Origin: Candidatus Bipolaricaulia bacterium
GTDB taxonomy: Bacteria > Bipolaricaulota > Bipolaricaulia > RBG-16-55-9
Direction of reading: 5' to 3'
Assembly (NCBI GenBank): GCA_042219045.1
Contig: JBDGQO010000004.1
Span: 2,975-47,677 of the forward strand
DNA: 44,703 nucleotides
Of the stretch, positions 27,114 to 37,126 are shown one piece after another. The position numbers were made by a program, and so were the translations under genes. The notes below the pieces were generated by a model. That model was not told the DNA's origin. It did no database searches and saw only the letters and a list, made by a program, of their open reading frames with translations. Each line of letters opens with the position of its first letter. Positions within the stretch are counted from its first letter, which is position 1.

Positions 27114-27186
27114 TGGGCCCGGCAGGACTCGAACCTGCGACTCCCTGGTTAAAAGCCAGATGCTCTGCCAACTGAGCTACGGGCCC
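27114..27186 (-). tRNA. tRNA-Lys(TTT), CCA not encoded
   Basis: GGGCCCGTAGCTCAGTTGGCAGAGCATCTGGCTTTTAACCAGGGAGTCGCAGGTTCGAGTCCTGCCGGGCCCA. Confidence 0.96.
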
Positions 27187-27233
27187 CAATCAGACTGCTA
27201 AAAGCTTAGCGCACGGGCATACGACCCTTCAAC

Positions 27234-28541
27234 TCAGCCGTCGGATTCGTCGTTGAACTCGCGCGTCTCGCAGTTGAACGCCGTGGCGCCGCGCTCGGTG
27301 CCGTCGGGATCGCCATAGCGGCAGCGGTCGACAAGCTCGCCGTCGGCATTGCGAAGATGCACGGTGTCTTCGCCATTGGCCCACATCGGCGTTCGGGCGC
27401 ACCAGTGTAGCTCTGACGAGCTGTCCTTGCCGCATCCCGTAAAGACCTTCAGTGTTTCACCCGAGCGCAGCACGGACTCGTCCGGAAATTGATAAATGTG
27501 GCTGGTCACGCCGCGGTCGCCGAGCTCGTCCATCAGCGTCCACCCGCTCAGGTCGACGGCCTGATCGCCGGCGCGCAGCTCAACCCATTCGCCGTTCTTG
27601 GTCTCGATGTCGTCGCCCTCGGCGTCATAGTGGACCCACAAAATGTCGACCGGCCCGGTGGGGGACGGGTCCGGTTCGGGGTCGGGTGGTTCGTCTTGGG
27701 TGTCGGAGCCGACGGTGATCTTGCGGCGCGAACGGCTCGACGCTCCCTCTTCGTCGAGGACCGTCAACGTTACGTTGAAGGTGCCCTCAGAACCGTACTG
27801 GTGCGTCACTGTCTCGCCCTGTGCGCTGGTTCCGTCACCGAAGCTCCAGTTGTACTGGGCAAGGCGGCCGTCGGGATCGCTTGAGCCCGAGGCGTCGAAG
27901 CGGATCGTCTCGTCGACCGACGGGCGCTCCGGGGCAAACGTGAACGTGGCCTGCGGGTCGCGGTTGGCCGCTGCGGAGTCGTCTTCATCCTCGCCATCGC
28001 CGTCCTCGCCGCCAGCTCTTCCCGATTCGGATTCGTCGCAGGCGCTCCAGAGGCCCAACTTCGACGATCGCGCCTTGGCCTCGAGGCTCTGCAACACGTC
28101 CGCATAGCGGGTGTTCGGCGCCATGGCGTCGCGGCTCTTCGCACGGGCCATGCCCTGCGAGATCATGGTGGCGTTGACCATGGTGAGCCCCTGCGGATCG
28201 AGATAGACGTAGGCGAGCAGGGCCCCATCGGCGTCGCGTCGCCGCTCGTCGAACTCGAGCCAGACGGTCCGGTTGAGGACGAGGTCGCGGTTGTAGAGCG
28301 ACGATTCGGGGCCGAAACAGGTTGAGGACGAGGCCGACGGCGCGTCGACCCCGATATAGCGGATCGTCTCCACGTTGCCGTTCTCCAAAAGGGCACGAAT
28401 CTGGTCGCCGTCGAAAGCGCGGGACACCTTTGCCCGCATCGTTGGTGGCGGCTGGGGCGGCAGGGCGCTCGCGCCCACGACCAGCCCCAGCCCCAAGACC
28501 GTCACAACGAGAAAGCGTCGCGCCCAGGCGCGTCCGACCAT
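27234..28541 (-). CDS. Secreted thermonuclease (SNase)-PKD-lamin tail domain protein
   Basis: Signal peptide; DGD...IRYIGVDAP...LLAYVY...GLW (SNase-like); [11 protein letters not shown]...YNWSFGDG (PKD); NGEWVEL...DLSGWTL (LTD). Confidence 0.88.
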   Translation of the reverse strand: MVGRAWARRFLVVTVLGLGLVVGASALPPQPPPTMRAKVSRAFDGDQIRALLENGNVETIRYIGVDAPSASSSTCFGPESSLYNRDLVLNRTVWLEFDERRRDADGALLAYVYLDPQGLTMVNATMISQGMARAKSRDAMAPNTRYADVLQSLEAKARSSKLGLWSACDESESGRAGGEDGDGEDEDDSAAANRDPQATFTFAPERPSVDETIRFDASGSSDPDGRLAQYNWSFGDGTSAQGETVTHQYGSEGTFNVTLTVLDEEGASSRSRRKITVGSDTQDEPPDPEPDPSPTGPVDILWVHYDAEGDDIETKNGEWVELRAGDQAVDLSGWTLMDELGDRGVTSHIYQFPDESVLRSGETLKVFTGCGKDSSSELHWCARTPMWANGEDTVHLRNADGELVDRCRYGDPDGTERGATAFNCETREFNDESDG

Positions 28542-28564
28542 CCGTCGACGTCACCCATCCGTGT

Positions 28565-31500
28565 TCACGAGCCGCAGCGGCTGCTCAGGTTATCGGACAA
28601 GTTCGTGCCATTGCCAGAGATCCGGTTGCCCTTGCAGGCGACCGTGGCGACGTCGTTGGCAAACAGCCCGAACTCGCCGTTGCTCTTGATCTGCGTCTCT
28701 CGGATGCTGCCGAGCGAGTTGAGCACGCGCAAACCGTCGGCTTGATTCCCGGCGATGACGCCTTGGATGATCGTCAGTGCCGAGCTGTTGAGCGCCGTGA
28801 CGCCGTGGCTTGCGTTGTCGCGAACTCCGACTTCACGGAAGCTGGCGCTGGATCCGTCAAGCATGGCGCCGACCTTGCCGTTGCCCTGGACCGTGCCGCC
28901 GATCATGAGCAGGGCGCTGCGCTTCACGATCGCCAAGCCGGAGCCGTTGTTGTTCTGAATGTTGCTCTGGCGCAGGCTGGACACGGCCCCTTCCAGCCGC
29001 ATGCCGCCGGTCTCATTCTCGAGGATCTGGGCGTCGCGGAATCGGACGGCCGTGCTGTTCTTGGTGAACAGGCCCCATCCGCCGTTGCCCTTGATGCGAC
29101 TGCCTCGCACGCTAGCGGGCGTGTTGAGCAAGCGGAGCCCGTCGCTCGGATGCCCCGTGACGGAGCTGTCCACGAGCGTCACCGTGGCGTCTTTGGCGTC
29201 GATGCCGCGTTCGCCGTTGTTCTGGATGCGGCTCCCGTTGAGCACGTCGGCGGAGCTGGAGGCCAAGATCAGCCCGGCGCCCTCGTTGTTGCCCACGGTG
29301 CTGGCGTTGATCCCCACGGTCGCTTCCGTGGCACGCACGCCGACGCCGCCGTTGCCCGTGATCTCGCTTCCCTTAATGTCGAAGGAGCTGTTGGTCAAGC
29401 TGACACCGGCCTTGGCGTGACCGGCGATCGTGCTGTCGCTGACCGACATCGTCGAAGCCTCGACCAACAGGCCGACCGTGCCGCTGCCCGTGAGCTGGCT
29501 CGTGCGGATGTCGGCCTTCGACGAACTCGTGAGCACGAGGGCCTCCTGCGGATGGCCGGCGATCGTCGTCGCGCTGAGGCTGACGGTGCTCTCTTTAGCG
29601 TCGATCCCGCGCTTGCCGTTGTTCTGCACGGTCGAGTCGCGCAGATCCACGGAGCTGTTAACCAAGCTGACGCCGTCTTTCGGATGCGAGGCGAGCGTGA
29701 TGCCGATCAGCGTGATGCGGCTCTGGTCCGTGGCGTTGACGCCGAAGCCCTGGTTGTTCTGGATCGCCCCGCCCGTGTAGGTCCCGGAGGAACGCACGAG
29801 CGTGATGCCGTTGCCGTCGTTCGCCTTGATCTCGGTCTGTCGGAACGTCAGTTTGCCATCGGTGGCGCTCAAGCCCGCTGCGCCGTTGCTCTCGATGATC
29901 GTGTTTTGCAGCTTGGCCGACCCGTTTGTGACGACGACGCCCTCGGCATTGTGCCCGGAGATCCGCACCGTCTGGGCGCCCTTGCTCACCACGTCCGTGG
30001 TCAGCGAGGCCTCCTCGACGCGGACCCCGACCCCGCCATTGTCCGTGATCTGCGTGCTTTCCAGCACGGCTGCCGAATCAACAAGCACGACGCCGTCCTG
30101 GCTGTTGTTGGCGAACGTGCTGCGCTCATCCGAGAGCGTGGAACGGTTTTTCGCGCGAATTGCCACGCCGCCGTTGTTCTCGATCGTCGATTTGGTGAAG
30201 TCGGCCACGGAGTTGTCCAGCACGACCGCATCCTGGGAGTGATCGCTGAACGTCGTGCTCCGGATCGTCAGTTGGGAGTTCCCGGCTTGCACGGCGCTGC
30301 CGCCGTTGGAGGTGAGCTGGCTCGACTTGAACGTGGCCGAGCTGTCGGTCAGCTCGACCCCGTTGGCCGAGTTATTGGACAGCTCGCTGTTGGTGAGCAG
30401 CAGTTCGGAGCTTGACCCGCCGGAGACGCCGCGCTGCCCATTGTCCGTGATCTGACTGTTCGTGAGATCGAGCTTGGTGTTGGTCAACCTCGCGCCGTCG
30501 CCGCCGTTGCCGGTGATCGTCATCGTCTGACCGCGCATGATCGAGTCGGTCGCGGTTAGGCCCGTCTGGTCGTTGTTGGCGATGCGGCTGTTCTTGCCCT
30601 CGACGGCGCTATTGACCAGCAACAGTCCGTGCTTCGGGTGGCCCGTCACGGCGCTGTCGGCGAGCAGCTTGATGGCGCTGTTGTCGGCATTGACGCCGCT
30701 CTTGCTGTTGTTGATCACTTGCGTTCCTTGCAGGTCAGCGGAGGAATCGACGAGCTTAATGCCACCGCTCGGATGCTTTTGCACCTTTGAGTTCTCAAAG
30801 ACGGCGCGTGAGCGTGACGCCGCATCGAGGCCCCATCCGTTGTTGTTCGCGAGCGTCGTGCCGTTGATCGTCGCTTGGGAGCTGCGCAGGACGACGCCGT
30901 GATTCGAGTTTTGGCCCACGGTGCTGTTAGTCAGCGTGATCTTGGCGCGGGTCGCGCTGAGACCGACGCCGCTGTTGTTCGTCACCTGGGACGAGGACAA
31001 CTCGGCTGAGCTCTTGGCCAGTTTCAGGCCATCGCCCCCGTTGTTCGCCACTTTGCTTTTGGAGAGGCCACTCACGGAATCCTTTGCGGAAATACCGTGA
31101 CTGTTGTTGTTCTGGATCTGGCTGTTGGACATCTCCAACGCGCTGTTCGACAGCAGGATACCTTCCTTCGGATGGCCGCTTACGAGGCTTTCCACGGCCT
31201 CCACCGTCGAATCCGTCGCGTCAATGCCCGTGACGCCGTTGTTTGTCACCTCGGTCTTGTTCATATCGGCCGTGGAGTTGAGCAACTGAAGCCCTTGCTG
31301 ACCATTGGCGTCAACCGTGCTCTCGGCCAGCCGCACCGTGGAAACTTCGGCACCCAGACCTCGGGCCTCGTTGGACTTGATCGTGCTCGTGGTGATCTCG
31401 GCCGAGCTGTTCGCCAAGGTCATGCCGTCGTCCGGATGACCGGACACGAGCGTGTCGTCCATGGTGAGCCCCGAGTTGTTGAAGCCGTGAACGCCCTTGT

Positions 31501-33925
31501 TGCCGTTGTTCGTGATCTCGCTGGAGAAGATGTCGGCCGTGCTGTTGGCGAGCTCCACGCCCGTTCGGCCGTTGCCGTCGACCACCACGGCCGTGATGGC
31601 GATCTTGGAGCTCTGCGAACCGATGCCGCGGCCTTCGTTATTGATGATCTCGCTGTCGCTGATGTCGCCGGAGCTGTTGTCGAACGCCATGCCGTCATCC
31701 GGGTGCTTGGAGATAACGCTGCCGTCGCCGACGATGACGACCGACGTTGTCGCATTGATGCCTTTGCCGCTGTTGGCAGTAATGGTTGTCGAGGCGACGT
31801 CCGTGGATGCGTTAATCAGATTGACGCCATCCTTGCCGTTGCCCTTGATCGTGCTCCCCACGACGACCGAGCGGGCCTGCTTCGACTCGCTTATGCCGTA
31901 GCCGCCGTTGTTGGCGATGGTTGAGTTGCTCATGTCCAACAGGGAGTTGGTGAGCGCGACGCCGTCCTTGGCGTTCTGGGAAATCGTGCTCTTGAAAACG
32001 GCAGCGCTGGCGTCTGTGGCTTGGACCCCGAAGGCGCCGTTCTTGGTGATCTGGGTGTTGGAGATGTCGGCGGCGGCGCTGCCCTGCAGCGTCACGCCGT
32101 CGGTGCCGTTCTCGGTGATCTGGGTGCCCTTGGAGGTGATCAGCTGAGCGCCGCCCTTGGCCAGGACGCCTCGGGCACCGTTGGTTCGCACGGTGCTGTT
32201 CTTGACCTCGACGGCGGCATCACTCAAGACCACGCCGTCGTTCGGATGATCGAAGACGACGCTCCCCGAAGCGATGATGACGTCGGCCTTGGCCGTGGCG
32301 CGCATGCCCACGCCCTGATTGACCGAAATCTTGCTGCCCTCGATGCGGGCCTTGCTGTTGACGGTGTTGACGCCGTCATCGGCGTTGTTCTTGACGGTGC
32401 TGTTGACGATGCTCAGCTCGGATTGGGATTCGGCTCGGACCCCGTAGCGTCCGTTATTGGCGATCGTGCTGTCGGTGATCGTTGCCTTGGCTTTCACCAA
32501 TAAGACACCGTCTTTGCCGTTCTCACTGACCTCGCTGCCGGTGAGCGTCAACTCGGACTTCGGCGCGTCGACGCCGTTGGCCTGGTTGGTGCGCAGCGTG
32601 CTGTTCTGAATCTCGGCGGACGAGCCGTCGAGCAGCAGCCCGTTCTGGCCGTTGGTGTCCACGTTGCTGCTCGCCATGCTGAGCGAGGTGTTCGACGTCG
32701 CTCGGATGCCGTTGACGTCGTTGCTCGTGATCGTGCAGTCGGTGATTTCGGCGGTTGCGCCTTCCAACCGGACGCCGTCTTTGGGATGTTCGGTGACGGT
32801 TGAACCGCTCATCGTCATCGTCGACTTCTGCGTGACGAGGACGCCGACCCCGTCGTTGGCGCGCAATTCGCTGCCGGTGATCTCGGCCTGGGAGTTCTGA
32901 AGAACCACGCCGTCGCCGGGTTGTTCAAGAACCCGGGAGTTAGCAAGCGTCAGTTGGGAGTTCTCCGCGGTGACGCCGCTGCCGGCGTTGCCGGTGATGA
33001 GCGTGTCGGCGAGCGTCGCTGTGGAGTCCTGCACGAAGACCGCGCCTTCCGGATGCCCGGTCACCTCGCCGCCGTTGTAGGTCAGCTCGGAGCCGTTGCT
33101 CACGCGAAGGCCGATCCCCGCGTTGTCGACGATGCGCACGTCGCTGAACGTGCCCACGCTGTTTTCCAGGATGACGCCGTTGGTGCCCTGCTTGGTGAAC
33201 AGGACGCCGGAGATATCAAGCTCGGCATTGACCGCCCGCAGGGCAAAGCCGGCGTTTTCGCGAATTTCGCCGCCGTCGTAAGCCAGCGCCGAGTTCTTCA
33301 CGAGGATGCCGTCGCCCGGATTCGCGCGAATGGTGGAGTTCTGCACGGTGACGTCCGAGTCGTTGGTGATCTGGATGCCGTTGATCTGTTGATCCTCGGT
33401 TTCGGTGACGGGCTTGGGGATGGTCACCTTCTTGAGGGTGGCGCTGCTGGCAGAGATCTCAATGCTGCGCCCGATGTTCTCGATCAGCTTCATCTGTTCG
33501 AGAACGATCGTTTCGCTGTCCTTGATGACGATGCCCCCGCCCCCAGGCTTCGTCTCCAGGGTCTCCGGATCCAGGATCTGGCCGCTGCGGACGTTGATCC
33601 CTTTGATCGTGATCTTGTTCGAGTTGGCGACCGTGACGGTTGGTTTGTCGGAGTCGGCACGGACGGTCACGGTGCCCGGGTTCTGCGCGCGGATCGTGAT
33701 GTTTGACTTATTGGCGATCCGAATCGTCTCCCGATAGGTGCCGGGGGAGACGACAATGACGTCGCCGGAAAACGCCTGTTGGATCGCGCCGCTGATCGAT
33801 CCGGCATCCCCCGGCACGGAAATGGTACGGGCCCAGACCGGTCCGGCGCTGAGCAGTCCGATCATCAGGATGCCGATCCCGACGATCAGCATCCCTTGAG
33901 CTCGGCGTGACAGCGGTTTGCGCAT
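28565..33925 (-). CDS. Giant secreted right-handed parallel beta-helix repeat protein (1786 aa)
   Basis: Signal peptide; ISVPGD...IQQA..GDVIVVSPGTYRE cap; continuous ~22-aa repeats (I..N...G+...); SD AAGGAGG. Confidence 0.92.
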   Translation of the reverse strand: MRKPLSRRAQGMLIVGIGILMIGLLSAGPVWARTISVPGDAGSISGAIQQAFSGDVIVVSPGTYRETIRIANKSNITIRAQNPGTVTVRADSDKPTVTVANSNKITIKGINVRSGQILDPETLETKPGGGGIVIKDSETIVLEQMKLIENIGRSIEISASSATLKKVTIPKPVTETEDQQINGIQITNDSDVTVQNSTIRANPGDGILVKNSALAYDGGEIRENAGFALRAVNAELDISGVLFTKQGTNGVILENSVGTFSDVRIVDNAGIGLRVSNGSELTYNGGEVTGHPEGAVFVQDSTATLADTLITGNAGSGVTAENSQLTLANSRVLEQPGDGVVLQNSQAEITGSELRANDGVGVLVTQKSTMTMSGSTVTEHPKDGVRLEGATAEITDCTITSNDVNGIRATSNTSLSMASSNVDTNGQNGLLLDGSSAEIQNSTLRTNQANGVDAPKSELTLTGSEVSENGKDGVLLVKAKATITDSTIANNGRYGVRAESQSELSIVNSTVKNNADDGVNTVNSKARIEGSKISVNQGVGMRATAKADVIIASGSVVFDHPNDGVVLSDAAVEVKNSTVRTNGARGVLAKGGAQLITSKGTQITENGTDGVTLQGSAAADISNTQITKNGAFGVQATDASAAVFKSTISQNAKDGVALTNSLLDMSNSTIANNGGYGISESKQARSVVVGSTIKGNGKDGVNLINASTDVASTTITANSGKGINATTSVVIVGDGSVISKHPDDGMAFDNSSGDISDSEIINNEGRGIGSQSSKIAITAVVVDGNGRTGVELANSTADIFSSEITNNGNKGVHGFNNSGLTMDDTLVSGHPDDGMTLANSSAEITTSTIKSNEARGLGAEVSTVRLAESTVDANGQQGLQLLNSTADMNKTEVTNNGVTGIDATDSTVEAVESLVSGHPKEGILLSNSALEMSNSQIQNNNSHGISAKDSVSGLSKSKVANNGGDGLKLAKSSAELSSSQVTNNSGVGLSATRAKITLTNSTVGQNSNHGVVLRSSQATINGTTLANNNGWGLDAASRSRAVFENSKVQKHPSGGIKLVDSSADLQGTQVINNSKSGVNADNSAIKLLADSAVTGHPKHGLLLVNSAVEGKNSRIANNDQTGLTATDSIMRGQTMTITGNGGDGARLTNTKLDLTNSQITDNGQRGVSGGSSSELLLTNSELSNNSANGVELTDSSATFKSSQLTSNGGSAVQAGNSQLTIRSTTFSDHSQDAVVLDNSVADFTKSTIENNGGVAIRAKNRSTLSDERSTFANNSQDGVVLVDSAAVLESTQITDNGGVGVRVEEASLTTDVVSKGAQTVRISGHNAEGVVVTNGSAKLQNTIIESNGAAGLSATDGKLTFRQTEIKANDGNGITLVRSSGTYTGGAIQNNQGFGVNATDQSRITLIGITLASHPKDGVSLVNSSVDLRDSTVQNNGKRGIDAKESTVSLSATTIAGHPQEALVLTSSSKADIRTSQLTGSGTVGLLVEASTMSVSDSTIAGHAKAGVSLTNSSFDIKGSEITGNGGVGVRATEATVGINASTVGNNEGAGLILASSSADVLNGSRIQNNGERGIDAKDATVTLVDSSVTGHPSDGLRLLNTPASVRGSRIKGNGGWGLFTKNSTAVRFRDAQILENETGGMRLEGAVSSLRQSNIQNNNGSGLAIVKRSALLMIGGTVQGNGKVGAMLDGSSASFREVGVRDNASHGVTALNSSALTIIQGVIAGNQADGLRVLNSLGSIRETQIKSNGEFGLFANDVATVACKGNRISGNGTNLSDNLSSRCGS

Positions 33926-33979
33926 GATGGTCCTCCTTGATTGATTGCCCCTCTCGATGGGTTCCCCCGTAGTGAATGG

Positions 33980-34008
33980 AGTCTAGTCATCTTGGTTTCT
34001 GATTGCAA
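33980..34008 (-). promoter_or_regulatory. Putative promoter of the beta-helix/nuclease operon
   Basis: TTGCAA-17 bp-TAGACT. Confidence 0.6.
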
Positions 34009-34033
34009 CAAACAGGTAGGGGATTTTCGCCTC

Positions 34034-34398
34034 TCAACGGGAAATTATCGGCGAAGCGCCGTCACTGGCTGTGTCGATCGGGACGTCGTGCAGTGCCCCT
34101 CATCCCTTACAGACCAGAATGAACGACTGGCGGAACTCGTCGCTTGCGGCGAAACCGAGCGCCAATCTCGCTCCCCAGATCAGAACGCGCCATGAGGCTA
34201 GTTCATGAGCTCGCGGCGCGCGCCGCATAAGGGACGTGAGCACGACGAACTCGTCCACGCCGCCAAGCTTGGACACGATAAGATCACAGACGCCAGATGC
34301 ACCCGCCGCGAGCGAGGGATATGCGCCAGTTTGGGAATCAGTTCGGCCCAGGCCGAGGCCGGGGCTCGGTAGACAAATGGGAAAAGGACGCTCCGCAT
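34034..34398 (-). pseudogene. Degraded VanZ-family membrane protein
   Basis: AWAELIPKLAHIP, frameshift, SLAAGASGVCDLIVSKL...LALGFAASDEFRQSF...KG*GALHDVPIDTA. Resembles the VanZ pattern (SDE.HQSFVPGR...DV.ID) with a frameshift and an in-frame stop. Confidence 0.55.
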
Positions 34399-34488
34399 GC
34401 GTCCGTGGAGGTGAATACCGGGGGTCGGTTGGAACCCCGTGTCCTTGTCGTGGCGACCTACCGTGCGCTAGCGTGCTTGCGATCGATC

Positions 34489-34977
34489 GTGAGACGGCAG
34501 CATGGACGTTGGGCGCTTGCGGTACTCGTCGGCTTGCTCACTGCGATGGCGGTGGCGCCGACTGGCGACGCCGAGGTGAAGATAGGCGCCGGGGCCGGCG
34601 TGATCGGCAATGAGGGCGCGCCGGTTGCGCGTCTCGCGATCGACGTCTTGCCGCTGTGGTTCATTACCGCGGCCATGGACACCGAGGTCTGGCTCGTTCC
34701 GGACGGCGGTCCGTGGCTGATGCCCTTCCTGACCGTCAGTGCGCCGTTGTTGTTCGAAGCGACCGTCGGCGTCGCACCTCTGTTCGACCTCAGGGAGCCG
34801 CGTGAGTCCGTGCCGCCGAGTGTCGCCGCACTGAAGGCGGGCGTCAATGCGCCCGTGGGGCCGCTGGCGCTTTTTGGGGAAGCGATTTTCTTCATATCGC
34901 CCGGCGAGGGCGTCCCCTCGAGTGTGGCGGAACTGGGCCGACCCATCTTTGCCTTTGGAGTGACTATCGAGTTCTAA
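34489..34977 (+). CDS. Probable small outer-membrane beta-barrel protein
   Basis: Signal peptide; alternating hydrophobic strands; C-terminal FAFGVTIEF beta-signal ending in Phe; start codon uncertain. Confidence 0.65.
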   Translation: MRRQHGRWALAVLVGLLTAMAVAPTGDAEVKIGAGAGVIGNEGAPVARLAIDVLPLWFITAAMDTEVWLVPDGGPWLMPFLTVSAPLLFEATVGVAPLFDLREPRESVPPSVAALKAGVNAPVGPLALFGEAIFFISPGEGVPSSVAELGRPIFAFGVTIEF

Positions 34978-34979
34978 CT

Positions 34980-35303
34980 ATGGAGTTACGCGAGCGCCAG
35001 CAACAGATTGCCAAGTTTATCAACGAGCACGACCTCGATCGCGGATCGATGGTCTGGATGCTCGACCTGGTCTCTGAAGTCGGCGAGCTTTCCGACGAGC
35101 TTCTCCAGGATTCGGAGTACGGCGAGACGCCGCTGCACGCTGGGCGCGAGTGGATGGAAGAGCTCGGCGACGTGATCTTTTCGCTAACCTGTTTGGCCAA
35201 TCAGACCGGCGTGGATCTCGATGACGCCCTGGAACGGGCCCTCGGCAAGTATCAGCGCCGCGTCGAGGACACGGGCGAACTCGGCCCAGGGCCGGCTCGT
35301 TAG
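34980..35303 (+). CDS. MazG-like nucleotide pyrophosphohydrolase
   Basis: DLVSEVGEL, EELGDVIFSL..LAN..GVDL. Confidence 0.9.
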   Translation: MELRERQQQIAKFINEHDLDRGSMVWMLDLVSEVGELSDELLQDSEYGETPLHAGREWMEELGDVIFSLTCLANQTGVDLDDALERALGKYQRRVEDTGELGPGPAR

Positions 35304-35305
35304 GC

Positions 35306-36349
35306 TCATCGCGGGGCGTTCAGACACATCGTGCCCGGCTCAGGCCGGCACTGGCACTGGCGAAACTGGTAGTACGTCGGGGAAACTTCGACGATAAACG
35401 GCTCGACCAGGTCGGCCAGTACTTCGGCAAACTGCGGGTCGTCGTGGGGAATCGGCACGCGATGGAACTCGATCCCGCGCTCGTCCGCGACCTCGCGGAG
35501 CTCGATGTCGAGCTCGGACAGCGTCTCGCTCTGCTCGTGCATGAAGCTGACCGGCTCCACAACGACCCTTGAGGTCCCCAACTCCGCGACGACGTCGTCA
35601 ACCTCGGGCTGAGTCCACTTAATGCCCCGGTTGGAATGGTTCTGATAGCCGAGCTCCGAGGTCGAGACGCCGAGGAGCTTTGCCATGGCATCGCAGTATT
35701 CCTCGACGTAGGTTACGTAGCGGAACCCCTTCTCGACGTAGTGGATCGGCGTCCCGTGGGCGGAGAAGACGAGCGCGGTGTCGGGATCCTCAAGCGCGAG
35801 GCCGCGGTCGGCCACGAATTGGCGGACGTTGTCCACCCGCAGACGCGTGTAGCCCGGATGTCGGTGCCACCCAGTAATCTCCTGGGCGGGCACGTTCCAG
35901 TTTCGCTCCGCCAAAGCCCGCTGCAACTCGCTCAAGGCCGCGACGGTCGTCGACGGGCCGCAGTGCGGATACACGGGAACGGCGACGAGCTGATCCACCC
36001 CCGCCGCTTGGGCGGTTTCTACCATATCCTCAACGAAGGGCGGCGTGTACTGCATGCCGACGAACGTCTCAACGTCGAAGCCGCGTTCGGTCAGTGCTGT
36101 CTTTAACAGACGGGCTTGCTCCTCACACTGCGGATTATGGGGAGATCCGCCGATGGCTTCGTATTCCTCAATCAGCCCTGACGCGCGCCGCTCCGCCAGC
36201 TCGCAGGAGCGCTGCCACCGGGCTTCGTCCGTGTCGGCATCCTCCAAAACGGCGTTGGTGTAGAAGATCCGGGCGAGGAAGTCGACGATCGTCTCGCGCG
36301 AGATGTCATGCGGTTCGCCGAAGTTGAGCAGACAGATTCCAGCGGTCAT
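35306..36349 (-). CDS. hemH: Ferrochelatase (likely coproporphyrin ferrochelatase)
   Basis: LLNFGEP, IGGSP, GMQYTPPF, FSAHGTP, SETLSELD; C-terminal CQC...C. Confidence 0.92.
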   Translation of the reverse strand: MTAGICLLNFGEPHDISRETIVDFLARIFYTNAVLEDADTDEARWQRSCELAERRASGLIEEYEAIGGSPHNPQCEEQARLLKTALTERGFDVETFVGMQYTPPFVEDMVETAQAAGVDQLVAVPVYPHCGPSTTVAALSELQRALAERNWNVPAQEITGWHRHPGYTRLRVDNVRQFVADRGLALEDPDTALVFSAHGTPIHYVEKGFRYVTYVEEYCDAMAKLLGVSTSELGYQNHSNRGIKWTQPEVDDVVAELGTSRVVVEPVSFMHEQSETLSELDIELREVADERGIEFHRVPIPHDDPQFAEVLADLVEPFIVEVSPTYYQFRQCQCRPEPGTMCLNAPR

Positions 36350-36427
36350 GGGCGATTCCTTTCCTTCGGGGATCCGGGTGCTGTGTCCGTCCAGATGGGC
36401 TGATCTTACCGCGGTCGAGGCCGCGAA

Positions 36428-37126
36428 TCATCCGAGCAGTTTCAGGCATTCGTCGAGGGGGCGATGGACGCAGGTGAAGATCGGGGTGTCGCGCTCCGTG
36501 TAGCGCCGCGCTTCCGTGTTGCGCAGTGCGATGACGAGGTCCTGGAAGTCGACCAGCTCGTCGGTCTCGTAGACGACGATGAACTCCTGATCGTCCAGCC
36601 CCGTCGAGTACGCCAACACTTGCCGGACGGAAGGGAATTGTTTCCCCACTTTGATGTGCTCGTTCATCATGCCTTGGCGGGCCTGTTCGCTCATGAGGTA
36701 CCAGTCGATCGTCTTGGTGAAGGGATAGACGATGAGGTAACGCTCGTGGTCCTCGACGTCGATGGCCTGTTCCTGAGAGCTCGGCCGCCGAACGTAGCGG
36801 GATTGGCGCACCCGACCGAGCATCGAATGGGTGACCTCGAGGTAGCGGCCGAGGCCGGTCCCCATGACCTCGCCGATGAAGTCCTGAATGCGCTCGGGGC
36901 CGTCGGCCCAGTTCCACAGCAGCAACTCCGAATCGGGTTTCATGCCGACCGTGCTGTAGGGGAAGGTGTCCATATCCTCGAACGAGGCAATGGCGCTCTG
37001 GAGCTCCTGTCGTGCTTGAGCGCGCTCGTCCTCCGGCAGACGCCGCCAGCTCGGGTCGGCCTTGAAAAAGGTGAACTTGAGCCAGGGGAACTCGAGCGCG
37101 TGATCTTGGGCGTTGGACGAGCTCAT
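36428..37126 (-). CDS. chdC: Chlorite dismutase family, likely coproheme decarboxylase ChdC/HemQ
   Basis: IVYPFTKTIDWY, MMNEH, STGLDDQEF, ERDTPIF; lies between hemA and the ferrochelatase. Confidence 0.85.
   Translation of the reverse strand: MSSSNAQDHALEFPWLKFTFFKADPSWRRLPEDERAQARQELQSAIASFEDMDTFPYSTVGMKPDSELLLWNWADGPERIQDFIGEVMGTGLGRYLEVTHSMLGRVRQSRYVRRPSSQEQAIDVEDHERYLIVYPFTKTIDWYLMSEQARQGMMNEHIKVGKQFPSVRQVLAYSTGLDDQEFIVVYETDELVDFQDLVIALRNTEARRYTERDTPIFTCVHRPLDECLKLLG

Noticed and set aside
27114..27186. tRNA-Lys lacking encoded CCA as a pseudogene or integration scar
   Set aside because: Cloverleaf intact; CCA is commonly added post-transcriptionally; no integrase or duplicated 3' end nearby
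34106..34185. TTACAGACCA... as another copy of the repeat
   Set aside because: Similarity is limited to ~10 nt and lies inside the VanZ-like pseudogene
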